A stretch of 64,000 nt of DNA from NCBI RefSeq assembly GCF_963921235.1, contig NC_086109.1:32614001-32678000 (forward strand), given 5' to 3'. Shown here in pieces: positions 49,126-62,370 of this stretch; position 1 is the first letter of the stretch, and each line of letters begins with the position of its first letter. A program made the translations under genes and the position numbers. The DNA comes from Mobula hypostoma. Taxonomy: Eukaryota. Under the pieces are notes generated by a model that saw nothing but the letters and a program-made list of their open reading frames with translations, searched no databases and was not told where the DNA came from.

Positions 49126-51894
49126 TGTGTGTGTATAACCAGTTGTGAGCAAATACTGAATTAATTTTTTCAATTGATAGAAGCAAAATTGAAATTATAG
49201 GGCATTCGTAGAGCAAGGGGATTAGTGAGGTTGGGGGATAGAAAAGAGAGGGAATTTAGGCTAGAATGTAAATTTTCTAAAAGAAAATAAAAATGAGCAT
49301 CAGAATAGAATTAAAAGCCTAAAGTGAGAAGAATTTATCAGTGTGTCAAATCAAGTGCAAGGTTGAACGGTTAGAATGATATAGGAAACCAAAGGATCCA
49401 AGGCAAAAATAAATGACTCATTCCACAAGTTCAGAAGTTCGCATAAAGGCGTAGAGGTAAGTTTTTGAAAACCTGTAGAGCTGAGATGACTAATCCTCAC
49501 TGTGAGGCAGTGAGAATCAAGATCTGTGATTTGGGGAAAAACAGTGACAAATAATTACTTTTACAAGGAATGATTTTTATTTACAGAATTACTGAGAGAA
49601 AATGAACAACTCTTCATTCCTTTTCAGTGAGGAAGTAAATATGTCCAGCTTGAACTACAAAGGGAAAGTACGAATCAAAATTTAAAAAAAACAAATTATC
49701 ATTAACTGCATTAAGTTTCCTGCAGTCAAAGTACACTAATGAAAAAAAACATCCAAATCACTAATTTTTGAAATATTCAATTAGTGTACGTCGGTTTTTT
49801 TGAAACTATCTGAAAGTGTTCTTTCCCTACCATTGTTTGTCTAATCTTTGCAGACATTGGGGCTTTTCTCTTTAAAATTATGGATCGTGGCTGATGGGTT
49901 AGGAGAGCAAAAATTTAAAGTCAATGTTTCTTCTCCCTCATTCAGGGAATATTGAAGCCAGGTATCTCACCACTGGCGCTACCATCAATTGTTTTGGGTT
50001 GGGACCAGCTGCAGGGATGTTCCTTGATACCTCTCAGTGCTTCCTCTTAATCACTGGGAGATATCACATTCTTTCTACCCCGATAGTTTCCACGAAACAG
50101 AAGAAAAAACACAACATTTTCAAAGCTGTTTCTGTAAATCTCTAAAGCAAGAGTAGTACTTATCTCGCAACAACAATTATTTCACGGTGGGGATGTGCCA
50201 TTAATGAAACATTGTATTGTATTGCACAGAAATTTACTTTCCACCACATTTCTCCTTTTACTTTGTTTAGTAAATCTTATCTCAGCTTTGAATAACCACT
50301 AAAATACCCTGCCAATATTTGAATTTGTATTTGTTCTGCATTTTTAATAAATAATGCACTTACGTACAGTTTTTATGACTAATTTATACAAAGTTTGTGT
50401 ATTTCCATTAATGAATTAAATAATTGGCTATGAAGATCACGTTGGAAAAGGTCTGGTGGCATTTGTAGTATTTCTAAAACTGAAGTGACATGCAATTAAT
50501 TCAGAAAAATGGTTCATCAGTTATGCTTTTAAAACTGAATTTAGTCACAGTAAGTTCTGAAATATCAAAAGCAAAGCTGAACACCTTAAAATAATTAATT
50601 ACAGTAAAAGCTGATTTCTACTGTCTTAAAAATTAAGTTGAAAGCAAAGACACACATAGTGCAGACTGAGAGACTGTACAGACTGCACCCAAAACATTAA
50701 GTAGGTCTGCTTCCTTGTGGATAGAATTCTCATTAAAAAAATTCCTTGATTCCCCTGAATTAATCAAATTATTGAAAACATCAAGGGGGATGAATTTTGT
50801 AAGTTACTGTACATGTATGGCATTTCTCATGAAAAAATTCTTCAATGCTGGTTTCAACCATGGACACTAATGAAATTTTATTTTTACTCAATAAGAGAAG
50901 CAAGAGCAAAAGTTAATGAATTTATTTTAAAAAGTTGAGAGTATGCTAAATTAATTCCTGTGGAAAATCTGTGCAGTTAGAAGGCAAAATGTTGGTGAAA
51001 TTTGTTTTTTCAGTTAGGTTTCAGATCACGCTTTCTGAATTGAGAATCTCAGACGAGCTGTCACCCAGCCACAAATTCTGATGACTGAAAAGCTCCATTT
51101 TTACAAAGCAGTGCTTATACTTAACAGAAGTTGGTTTACAATGGAAACATCGCTGCTTATGTGGTTTACATAATTCTGGAATTAACACTGTTTCTGCTAT
51201 GAGTACAGAAGCAAAAGTATAGAAAGCTGATCTTTGATTTGTTTTTAAAGTCCATGCATTTAAAGGAATGGGAAAATGATACATGAAACTGATTAATTAA
51301 TGTTGAACACAACATCTTATTTTTAATCCATAATATTCCAAAGTACCTTTTCAGTGTGAACTTCTTCAGCAAAACTTCTTAGGTAAATTCAAAATACCCC
51401 ATGATATCAATTCAAAAAGGAATAGGGGAGTTTCACCAGTATGTTAAAATTGATCTATATCACAAATAACAGCACCAAAATGAACATTTTGCATACTGAG
51501 CATTTTACTGTGCATGCAGATTTGTATCTTAAAATCAATCAAAACTAATTAATGCGATAAGAAGATAAGTACAGCCAAAAAAAAGTATTTGAAATGTGAT
51601 TTATTTCAAAATATATAGTTTCCTATGTTGCAAAATAACTACTTTTCAAAATGCTTTATTGCCTGTTAGACACTTTGGGCATTTGAGGTTGTAAATGTTG
51701 TTCTCTAATGCCAAACTTTCTTTTAAAACCTTGAATAATTGAGAGCTCATTTAAAAATCAACACAGAACGCATTACTTTGAGTGATATACTTTCAAAGCC
51801 TTAAACCAACATTGAAGGCAACAAAATAAATGCTCAAAACATGGAAATTGTCAGTAATATTGACAGATTCCTTGTTCAGAATAAAAGTAAAACA

Positions 51895-52070
51895 CTCCCA
51901 CTTTAAAATCTCTTACTAGCTCTTCCTTCAGTTAGTCCTGACAAAGGGTCTCGGCCTGAAACGTCAACTGTACCTCTTCCTAGATATGCTGCCTGGCCTG
52001 CTGCGTTCACCAGCAACTTTGATGTGTGTTGCTTGAATTTCCAGCATCTGTAGAATTTCTCGTGTTTGCG
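51895..52070 (+). mobile_element. Penelope terminal repeat with hammerhead motif at 51934-51969 (core mutated to CUGACAA)
   Basis: Near-identical to the reverse complement of 9399-9540; agtcCTGACAAagggtctcggcctGAAACGTCaact. Confidence 0.85.
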
Positions 52071-53689
52071 TTCTGGAAACACTTAGCAGGTTAGGCCGCA
52101 TCTGTCAACAGATGGACAGTCAATATTTCAGGTCAAGGATCTTCTTTAGAAATGGGAAAGAACATTAAAAAAAAGTTGGTTTTAAGTTGCAGGGAGGGGG
52201 GAAGTAGGAAGGCCAAAGGTAACATTTCGGCTGGGGTGGTGTCATGTTTGCCCAGCAGAAAGATTGAAGATAATGAGGGCATTTAGAAAGGGCTGTGTAA
52301 AGCAGGTCAGAGCTATTGCTGGAGTACTGTCTGAAACCAAATGACAAATGCTGGAAATAGCTAGCAGATCAAGCAGCAACCCTCTGTTATCTACTTTTAT
52401 CACTTTCACAATTCTGACTTAAGGGTTTTTGACTTGAACCGTTAACTCTGTATCTTTTTTCATAGTTGTTGCCTGACCTACTGAACGTGTCCTAATTTTT
52501 CTGTTTTTACTTACAAATTCAAAATAAGTTTATTATCAAAGTACACATATGTCACCCATGTGCAACCGTAAGATATGTTATCTTGTGGGCATACTGAATA
52601 AATCCAATAGCTATATACTTGTTGCAAGAGTGCCAGATGGCGCCGGTAAACCACGCTGATGTTTGAATTCAGATCTCCAGTCGCTGGGGTGTCTTGATTT
52701 GTAATCTTTGGCCAGAATGCCCTTTTCATTTATTCATGAAGAAATGTTGGATGATATTAATGCCTATTTTATTACAAAGTGCGTAGCACTGTCTAAATTC
52801 AAAAGCAACACTATAGCCCTTCGCATAGAGCATGCATTGATAGTTGTTATTGTACTCTGGTTATTTTGAGGCTAAGATTAAATTCTCCGTGGGTGCTGTT
52901 AAACTTTACTGCACTTTGTTCAATCAAGATGATTTCAAAATTCATATGTCCCAAAGCAATACACATGAAATGCTTTACTTGAAAGTATCGTACAAGGATA
53001 AAAATAATATCCGAAGTAGCTGGTTATACAGACATCAGATATGTTATAGAAAATTCACACCCGAAATTTGCAGCTGATTTTTTCAAAGGAGTCACCTTTT
53101 TAAATTTTATTTTTGCTTTATGTCATTTTTCTCTATGTCTTATGGTCTTATTTTTCAGAAGTGTGACTAAACAATGAATCCTCTTGTCTGACTACATTTA
53201 TTATAAGATATTAACTGTGTTGCACTTCTTAAAATTGAATCCTTCCACACCAATCTGTTTTCCAGCCCCAACTTCTCCATCTCCCCAAGGCCTTGTCAAG
53301 CCCCCACCAATTCCACTGGCATCCCTATCCTAATTTGCTTGACTCCCTTAGCTCCTACTTCATCTTCTCCCGGTCTTCCATTTCCTTGGGTCCCTTCCCT
53401 TCACAATCTCCACATATTATCTTATTTTGTGTTACTGGCTGGATACTCTTACACTGTCTTTGTGCTTCAAAAGTCATCTCCCAGCTCCCCCTCCACACTG
53501 GTACCAACCCCCTCAGGGGAAGTTCTTTCTTCTTTCCACCCCATTTTCTTCCCAGTCAGCCTTTCACCCCATGAGCTTTTCTCTGTACTCCTCTCCCACT
53601 CTATTATTATTAAAGTCACCTGGCACTAAAATCAACCCATTGACCCATTAAATTCATGCCAGCATTAACCACTTTTACACTCATCCTAC

Positions 53690-53940
53690 ACCAATCCCAT
53701 GTTCCCTTCTACCCATATTCCACCATTTGCCCACACACTAAGGGCAACTTACAGTGGCTAATTAACCTAGCAAGCAACACCTTTAGGGTGTTGGGGGAAA
53801 TTGGACACCCAGGAAAATCCATGGGTCCACAGGGAGAATGGGCAAACTCCGCACAGTTAGTGTCCGAGGTCCACATCGAGTCAGGATCACTGGATCTGCG
53901 AGTTAATAGCTCTATCATCTGTTCCACTCTGCCACCATCT
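53690..53940 (-). mobile_element. Decayed HE1/V-SINE-like SINE
   Basis: ggacacccaggaaaatccatgggtccacagggagaatgggcaaactcc is the reverse complement of the SINE core. Confidence 0.55.
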
Positions 53941-54197
53941 TCATCTTCACACAGCACCACCTCCCCCCACCACCAAGATGGCCCTGTTGCACCCAGTCAG
54001 CAGGGCAGTTCGAGGGCAAGTATTTAGTTCCTGATGCCTGCAGTCTGGTCACCTCCCAAGCTCGCTGCAGCAGTGGTGCAGGCTGCCAAGCAATGGTTTC
54101 ATGGGGCTGACACGGACAGTCACTATGCCACAAAGGCAAAGGTTAGCCTTGTATAGTTTTTGAGCTTTGAAGTTTTAAGACATCTTGGTCTAAATTG

Positions 54198-54293
54198 ACA
54201 TACATCAAAGTTGCTGGTGGACGCAGCAGGCCAAGCAGCATCTATAGGAAGAGGCGCAATCGACGTTTCAGGCTGAGACCCTTTGTCAGGACT
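54198..54293 (-). mobile_element. Penelope terminal-repeat fragment with hammerhead motif at 54258-54293 (CUGACAA)
   Basis: Matches 9406-9500; flanked by the direct repeat cttggtctaaattg. Confidence 0.85.
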
Positions 54294-55779
54294 TGGTCTA
54301 AATTGTCTGGCTTTTTATGGATCGGCTGCTTACGACCGCCACCTGGTGGTTAGGACCATGAAAAGCAATGCCAATCAGCTAAATAAATGGCCTTTAATTA
54401 GCACTCTACTAACTCATTGCACAAGCCTTTTTCTCACACATCTAAAGAAAACTTTAACAAACTTGCTAAAACACCCAAGACTCATGAAACCAAAGAATAT
54501 TGATCCCTTTTAGCACAAGATGTATTCATCAAAGCATGAAAATGAAAATGTACAATAACATTCATTGGAGACAATTCTACCACATTACACATGGAGGCAT
54601 CATTATAGCAATGTTGTTGAAAAAGCTCATTAATAGATTAACATGTCTGATCAATTCAAACTATTATACTTAAGCACGTTGCAGCATGGAGCAATCTAGT
54701 TATACAAGGGTGTTGTGACTGACCGATTTGTACTGTACTCTAGACCAAACCACCCCTGGGTATTTTAGTCTGTTCAGTATTAATCACCGAAATGAAAAGG
54801 AACTTGCTGAAGTACATAACAGACAGCAGAGGGCAACCATCACTCTAGGAAACTGGAAGAGGGTGAAGAATATTTCATGGGAGGGGTGAATGGACCAAGA
54901 TTACCTACCACTCACACCTTCTGCCATCCACTCAACTCTTACTGCCCTTTGAGATTGGACAACTCATGGTCAGATTTTCCTCTGCCATCTAGTAACATTT
55001 CTATCTTCTCCCTAGATCCCTTTTTCCCTTTGGAACCCACTAAGCACGATTTCCCACCTGCATCGATCTGTCACCTCCAACTGTCGTTCAATATTAAGAA
55101 CTTCTCTTTGTGTCTCCCTTCTGATTTGCTCCTAAAGTTCCCCCTCATTTAACCCCTGATGTGTCCCTTCCTCCACCCAAAGTTTCCTCCCCAGGCACTA
55201 CATTTAATCTTCTCTCATTTCTGTCATCAAGTCCCACTGGTATCTCCTCAGCTCTCTCTGCCTCCACCTCACCAAGTCTCCCCTGTCCAAGACCTCACAT
55301 TAGCATTCCATCCACATCTCCCCAGATTCCCCTTTCCTAAGTTCCTCTGTGGATGTTCCCTCAGCACTCTTCCCCTCTAACCTTCTCCACAGCTCCCTGA
55401 GCACACTATCTCCAACCTCTCTTCATGTTTTCTCCCTGCCCTGTACATGGCCATCCCCAGCCAGTCTCTACTCCAGTTAACTTCTCTCTGCACCACCCTC
55501 CTGATCTTCTCTCAGTGTGATCCCACACATCTCACAGCCACTCATCTCCCCAATGAGCCAACTTGCAGTGTTTTCCCCAACTTCCATCCCTCTGACCTTC
55601 CTGCCCACCCCTTTGACACTCTCACAACAGGTTCCTCACATCTTCTTGCTGTCCTGCGGTCTCCCTGCAACCCTTTCCTCATCTGCTGATCTTCTGCATG
55701 ATCATCGCACTATTTGACATCAACAACAATGTTTCAGTATCACAACAAGGAATGTACCAGGTCATGAAAACCTACCCCA

Positions 55780-56420
55780 GGACTGAATCAAGTGAACGTT
55801 TCTTGCAAGTGTATCTTTCCTTAGGTAGGGCATCCAGGCTTATGCACGATAATTTCAGTTGCTGGATCACCGGAGACCAAAGTAAATGAAGCAAGTTGAC
55901 TCCTCCTCAATTCAAATCCTCTCACAATAAATGTCAGCATACAATTTTCTATCCTGGTTCCAAGTTGTACCTCTTGTAAAACTTCATATACTTGTGCACA
56001 AGAAAACCCAAGTTCCTCTAAAGTTCCTTTCAAATTCTCAGCACTCAAAAAAAATCAGTTTTCTATTTTTGCTACTAAATTTGAATGACCTTACTTTTTT
56101 TTAACTTTAAATTCCACCTGCCTTGTCCTTGCCCATTTATTTATCTCCGAAACTCACAGTCCAGACTGGCACCAAACAAGTTAAGATATTTTATATGTAT
56201 ATCGATGACCTCATCTTAGACATTGACATAGATTTTTGACAGTTGGGCTCACAGCACCCTATAGAATTCATGCGAAAGTTACCCATTTATTCCTATCCTG
56301 CATTTTAATCAGTTAATTAATCTTCTATCCATACAAGTATATTACCCCTAAATCCATGCACTCTAGTTCTGAGTTATTTCACATTATCAAACGCTTTCTG
56401 AAAATCTAAATTCACACTCA
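55780..56420 (-). mobile_element. Very old CR1 remnant
   Basis: Degenerate similarity to 27700-28560 (tcaaacgctttctgaaaatctaaat; ENCMLTFIVRGFE). Confidence 0.55.
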
Positions 56421-56524
56421 TCTAGTATCAATTGTTTGGCGACAAAAAAGTATAAAGTATAAAGTATCAATTAGAGGAGAAAGTCTGTGAAGCACAGAAG
56501 GGAAAATAATGAAGAGTAGTGTGT

Positions 56525-56852
56525 GGGCAGTACGGTGGTGTAGGGGTTAGCACAACCTGTTTTGCAGAGTCAGCAATCAGTAATTGGGATTCGATTCTCG
56601 CGGCGGTCTGTAAGAAGGTTGTATATTCCGAACCCGTGACCATGTGAGTTTCCTTCAGGCGCTCTGATTTCCACCCACATTCCAAAGACATATGCTTAGG
56701 ATTAGTGGGCTGTGGACACACCATGTTGTTGCTGGAACATGGCGACACTTGCTGCCTGTTCCTAGCACAACTTCGCTGATTTGGTTTGATGCAAATGATG
56801 CGTTTCACTGCACGTTTTGATGTTTCAATGTACATGTGACAAATAAAGCCAA
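56525..56852 (+). mobile_element. HE1/V-SINE-like SINE
   Basis: A/B-box-like ggtggtgtaggggttagc and ggattcgattc; core tttccttcaggcgctctgatttccacccacattccaaagac; tail caaataaagc. Confidence 0.75.
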
Positions 56853-57389
56853 TCAAATGAAATTACTTCAAAACTTGAGCCATTTTGTAGTTTTTGATAT
56901 TAATACCATAAACTATTACTGGGATTAAAGTTTAGCATTTTTTTAAAAAATGATGTATTCATTACTAACAGGGTGCTGTAACTGATGGCATTTGATGATT
57001 GGATATTTTCAGAAGTGAGACTTTCATTCTGACTACACTAGCCTGCTATGTGCCAGCTTCTAGGCAAGCTTTCTGAGCACTTTTCCTCATTCTATTTTAA
57101 TATATATCTTTCATGCAGAAAACCATTTCAATCTATACCTTTATTCATTTACCATCTAAATCCTTTTTGAGCATTTCTCTAAGAGAGCATGGAGGGAGTG
57201 GGTGGCAGCAAAATGATGTTGATTGCAATGATATGAACAACACTTTAACCGCTTTATAAAAGGAAAACCATCATAGCAAATGATTATTGACTTTAATCGA
57301 TGCAGTAATAGTGTAATCAGTTATTTCACTGGGAATGCGGAAGCTTATTTAACCTTTAACCCTCATATTTATTTATTTGCTCTTTGTTT

Positions 57390-57685
57390 GTTTGTTTCGA
57401 GTTATAAAGTGGAACAGGCACTTCCTGCTCAACGAGCTGCACCACCCAGCACCCAACGACTTAACCCTAGCCTGATCGCAGGACCAATTTACAATGAATA
57501 AGTAACCCACTAACTGGTATGTCTGTGGAATGTGGCAAGAAACCGGAGTCATCAGAGGAAATGATCATGCTGATGGGAAGGAATGTACAAACTTCTTACA
57601 GACTGTGTCAGAATTGAACTCTGAACTCTGATGACCAGATCTGCACTAGCGTCTCGCTAACTGCTTTGTTAACGCTGTGCCCCTA
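57390..57685 (-). mobile_element. Decayed SINE (HE1/V-SINE-like)
   Basis: gtatgtctgtggaatgtggcaagaaaccggag is the reverse complement of the SINE core. Confidence 0.55.
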
Positions 57686-58629
57686 ATCAAATTTGGTCTA
57701 TTAAAAGCTTGTGTGTTAATGAACTCTTTGGTATGATACTGCATTCTGTAGATCTTTATTAAACCATGATTGGTGCCTGGACCCAATTAAATCACCTGGT
57801 GATAGAGTGGCAGTTAGCAAATGCCATTGGCCTCTGTATCCTTTGGTATGGTACTGCATTCTGCAGACAATGATCGGTGTCTGGTCCCAGTTATGTTGGC
57901 TGTTGATAGTCAGAGTGGTGGTTAGGAAATGCAATTGGCCTTTGTGTTGGCAAAACCCCCAAGCTAAAAGGAGAGAAGCTAATCATTGCTTCCAAGCTAA
58001 ATCTTGGCAATACTGGCCATTATACCTGCACATTAGTCAGGAGGTGGTGAGATACTGGCTTGTGAATTGGCAGAATGCTGCCGACTGGCACATTCTCGGC
58101 TGCAGGAATACGTGCTGAGGGATGCACTGAAACTTGGTGCAGCCACCACAAGGGCCCGGTGGGGAAGGGCCACAGTTTAGGGTTCTTCTCCCACTGGAAT
58201 GGGAGGGGTCAGGTGGTGGGGAGTATACCCCTCAACAATGGTGTGGGAAGGTAAACCAATGGAGTGCCATGTGGGTGGCCAAAAGTATGGATGTGTAGAG
58301 ACCATAATGGGAACATATGTAAACGATTAAGAGTCATTGAATGGTTTATTGTACATAATTTTATTTTTGAATAAAGTATATTTTGAAATTTTAAAAAATC
58401 ACTGGAGGTGGTGGTTAAAACTGCTTTAATGATGCTACTGCAAATTCACAAGTCAAAACTTCAGAGCTAGCAGCTTTGTTACAGGAGTTCTGAGAAATGT
58501 ACTGAGAACAGTGTCTGACAAGCTCCATTTCACATCTAAATCAGCACTCTTAATAATGGTAAATTTTCATAGTGGAAATAAATGGTTCTGTTTTTCTAGC
58601 AGTGTGACCAATATGACAATAGATGTCAA

Positions 58630-58792
58630 TAAAAGGTGAGAGGAGGTCTTTTAAGAGACTCTGATAGGTACATAGAGCTTAGAAAAATAGAGGGCTATAT
58701 CTAGAATAGGTTGCATGGTCAGCACAACACTGTGGGATTGAAGGGCCTGTAATGTGCTGTCGATTTCTGTGCTCTATGTTCTATGTTCTATG
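58630..58792 (+). mobile_element. CR1 3' end
   Basis: gaagggcctgtaatgtgctgt 3' UTR and (TTCTATG)n tail. Confidence 0.75.
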
Positions 58793-59275
58793 AGGGGAAG
58801 GAGTACAAGCTGAAAGGTGTTACATCAAATCAGATGAGATGGAAGGGAGGTGGATGGGGGAGAGGAGATGAAATGAGAAGATGCGAGGTGAAAGATAGAA
58901 AAGGTAAAGGGCTGAGGAAGCAATCTGATAGGAGAAGAGAATGGACCAATGGGAGAAAGGGAAGGGAGATCATGGGCAGTGAAGAGAAGGGAAGGGGTGA
59001 GAGAGGATTCAGAATGAGGAATTGAAAAAGAGAAAAGGGGGACTGGGGAAAAATACCAGAGCTTAAAGAAATCAATGTTCATGCCCTCAATTGAGAGGCT
59101 GTCTAGACTGAATATAAGGTGTTGCTCCTTCAACCTGAGATTAGCCTCATCATGGCATTAGGGGAGGCCATTGACTAACATTTCAGAATGGGAATGGGAA
59201 GTGGAATTAATGTGGCTGGTCACCAGGAGATCCTTTTCGTTGCAGATGGAGCGAAGATGTGTACTTCTAAGGATT
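58793..59275 (-). mobile_element. Decayed Penelope 3' fragment
   Basis: KEQHLIFSLDSLSIEGMNIDF corresponds to EEQHLIFRLGSLQPDGMNIDF of the 9399-11079 copy. Confidence 0.75.
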
Positions 59276-59731
59276 TCCAGCATCAGCTGTTACGTCAGGT
59301 CAAAATTGTCCCAGTGCCTATCATGAGGAGAATGTGTGAATTTGCCTTCAATTACAAAGAAGTGAAAAGCTGACAATGGTTCGGTGTTCAGGCAAACTAC
59401 ATGTAGGTGGGAAGTGTTTAACAGGAAGTTGTCCGGCAAGCCCATCCTGGTCAGTACTGGACTCATTGAGTTGAGCTGATCTCATCCAGAAGAGCAATGG
59501 AATCATTTAATGGTGGGTGGTGGTGCACCAGATGGTGGTGCGGCAAATTATAAACACAAGAGATTCTGCAGATGCTGGAAATCCAGAGCAACAGCACACA
59601 ACATACTAGAGGAACTTAGCAGGTCAGCCAACATCTCTGGAGAGAAATAAGCAGTTACCGTTTTGGGCCGAGACCCTTGGAGCTACTGCCTGACAGTTCC
59701 GGGGATCAGGGTTCAACCTTAATCTGGGTGT

Positions 59732-59919
59732 GGCCTGTGTAGGTCTTGAATGTGTTCAGCCTGTGTAGGGTTTGAACGTGTTTGGCCTGTGTAGGGCTTG
59801 AACGCGTTCGGCCTGTGTAGGCTTGAACGTGTTCGGCCTGTGTAGGGCTTGAATGAGTTCGGCATGTGTAGGGCTTGAACGTATTCGGCCTATGTAGGGC
59901 TTGAATGTGTTTGGCATGT
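59732..59919 (+). repeat. Minisatellite, ~7 copies of a 26-bp unit GGCCTGTGTAGGGCTTGAACGTGTTC, inside a SINE (~59680-60000)
   Basis: Head-to-tail units with point variants and no spacers; SINE head (gggttcaa) and core (ttcttcccacatccgaaag) flank it. Confidence 0.9.
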
Positions 59920-60104
59920 CGGGTGTGGGATTCTTTCAGGTCCTTGGGATTCTTCCCACATCCGAAAGTAGCTTTGACAGGTTAACTTGTTCCTTAGTGT
60001 AGGAAAGTGGCAAAAAAAAGATCAATGTGAGGTTGAGGGACACATGAGGGGGAATAAAATGAAGGTGTTTGCAGTGATATAGAGAGAGGGAGAACAGTTT
60101 GATA

Positions 60105-60705
60105 GGATTTTGATTCCCATTCCCATTTTGACATGGCCTCTTCTACTGCCAAACTCAGGCTAGATAAGCAAAACCTCATATCATCCAGGTATCCTCCAAC
60201 CTAATGGCATGAAAATTAATTTCTCTAACTTATGGTAATTTCTTCCCCCCCCCCCCCCCACCACCCACCTTCCCTCGTTTCCCATTCCCCATTCAGGTTC
60301 TCATCTCACCCCTTCTTTTTTTCTCGAATGTCCCTCTGGTGGTCTCTCTTCCTTCCCTTTCGCCCATGATCCACTATCCTCTCCTATTAGAATCCTTCTT
60401 TAGCAGTCTCTTATCTCTTCCATCCATTACCATCCAGCCTCTTACTTCATCCCCTTCCCCCACCCAACTTGTTTTCCTGCTCACCTGGTTTCAACTATCA
60501 CCTGCCAGCTTGTGCTCCTTCCCCTTCCCTCATCTTTTTATTTTGGCTTCTTCCCCATTCCTTTCCCGTTCTGATGAAGGGGCTTGGTCCAAAACATTGA
60601 CTGTTTACCTCCCTCCATAGATGCTGGCTGACTTGCTGAGTTCCTCCAACATTTTGTGGGTGTTGCTCAAGAATTTCAGCATCTGCAGAATCCCTCATGT
60701 TTATG
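60105..60705 (+). mobile_element. Decayed Penelope 3' end with degenerate hammerhead (60566-60603)
   Basis: ttcccattcccattttgacatgg..ctgatgaaggggcttggtccaaaacattgactg..cagcatctgcagaatc. Confidence 0.7.
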
Positions 60706-60869
60706 AGACTGATAGGATTGCTCAGTTGGGAGTTGGCAACAATTTGCTGGGATGACTGGCCTCTCTCTACTTTGTAATATGTAACTTCTTGCTCCTGATA
60801 ACTATCTCATTACACTACTGAAAACTCCTTGCATACAGGAGAACAATAATGGATTAACCTACATACTCA

Positions 60870-62370
60870 GTATCACCCAGTAGCACTTTCATCCATAGTG
60901 AAGAATTGCTTGAGAGGTTGGTGATGAAAAATATCAACTCCTGCCTGGGAAGCAACTTAGATCCACACTAATTTGCCTACCGGTGCAACAGGTCCACAGC
61001 AGATGCCATTTCATTGGCTCATCACCAAAACCTGGAACATCTGGGCAGTGAAGGTACATACCTCAGGATGCTCTACATTGACAACAGCTCAGCATTCAAT
61101 GCTACCATCCCCTCAAAACTAATCAATAAGTTTCAAGACCTTGGCCTCAATGCTTCCTTGTTCAATTGGATTCTCAATTTCCTCACTTGCAGACCCCAGT
61201 CAGTTCAGATTGGCATCATCATCTCCGCAATCTCCATCAGCACTGGTGCACCACAAGACTGTGTGCTTTGTCTTCTGCTCTACTCACTTTACACTTATAA
61301 CTGTGTGACTAAGCACAACTCCAATGCCAAATTCAGTGTCCTGATGACACCACTGTCATAGGCCAAATCAAAGGTGGCAAAGAATCAACATGTAGGAGTG
61401 AAATTGAAAATCTGGCTGAGTCGTGCCATAACAACAACCTCTTACTCAGTGTCAGTCAGACCAAAGAGCTGGTTATTGATTTCAGGAGAAGGAAACCAGA
61501 GGTCCATGAGCCAGTCCTCATTGGGGGAATCAGAGGTGGAGAGCATTAGTAACTTTAAATTCCTTGGTGTATTATTTTACTGAACCTGTCCTGGGCCCAA
61601 CACATTAGTGCAATTATGAAGAAAGCACAACAGTGCCTCTACTTCCTAAGGAATTTGTGGAGATTGGGCATGACATCTAAAATTTTGGTCAACTTCTATA
61701 AATATGTAGTGGAGAGTATATTGACTGGCTGCATCACAGTCTGGTATGGAAATACCAATGCCCTTGAATGGAAAATCGTACAAAAAGTAGTGGATATGTC
61801 TCAGTCCATCGCACATAATGCCCCAGTCCATCACCGGTAAAGCCCTTCACCCCATGGAGCTCATCTACATGAAACGCTGTGGCAGAAATGTAGCTTCCAT
61901 CATCAGGGATCCCCGCCACCCAGGACATGCTCTCCTCTCGCTAATGCCATCAGGAAGAAGGTACAGGAGCCTCAGGACTTGCTCCACCAGGATCAGGGCC
62001 AATTACTACCCCTCAACCATCAGGCTCTCGAAACAAATGGGATGATTTCATTCCACTTCACTTGCCCACCATTGAAATGTTCCCATAACCTAGGGACTCA
62101 CTTTCAAAGATGCTTCATCTTAAGTTCTCAATATTTTTGCTTCTTTCTTTCTTTTTTATTATTATTATTATTATTATTTTGCATTTGCACAATTTGTTGT
62201 CTTCTGCACTATGGATGAACACCCTAACTGGGCAGTCTTTTATTGATTCGGTTATGGTTATTATTCTATAGGTTTATTGAGTATGCCCCAAGAAAATGAT
62301 CTCAAGGTTGCGTATGGTGAGACATATGCATATTGCTAATAAATTGACTTTGAACTTTGACCTTTGAACC
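60870..62370 (+). mobile_element. Decayed Rex1/Babar LINE
   Basis: [68 protein letters not shown]; (TTA)n in the UTR; (CTTTGAA)n-like tail. Confidence 0.88.

Noticed and set aside
53230..55700. Pro/Ser/Leu-rich ORFs in C/T-skewed tracts
   Set aside because: Low-complexity pyrimidine-rich DNA has few stop codons on this strand; no domain or splice support
59732..59919. CRISPR-like array
   Set aside because: Units are contiguous with no unique spacers, there are no cas genes, and the context is eukaryotic; it is a minisatellite
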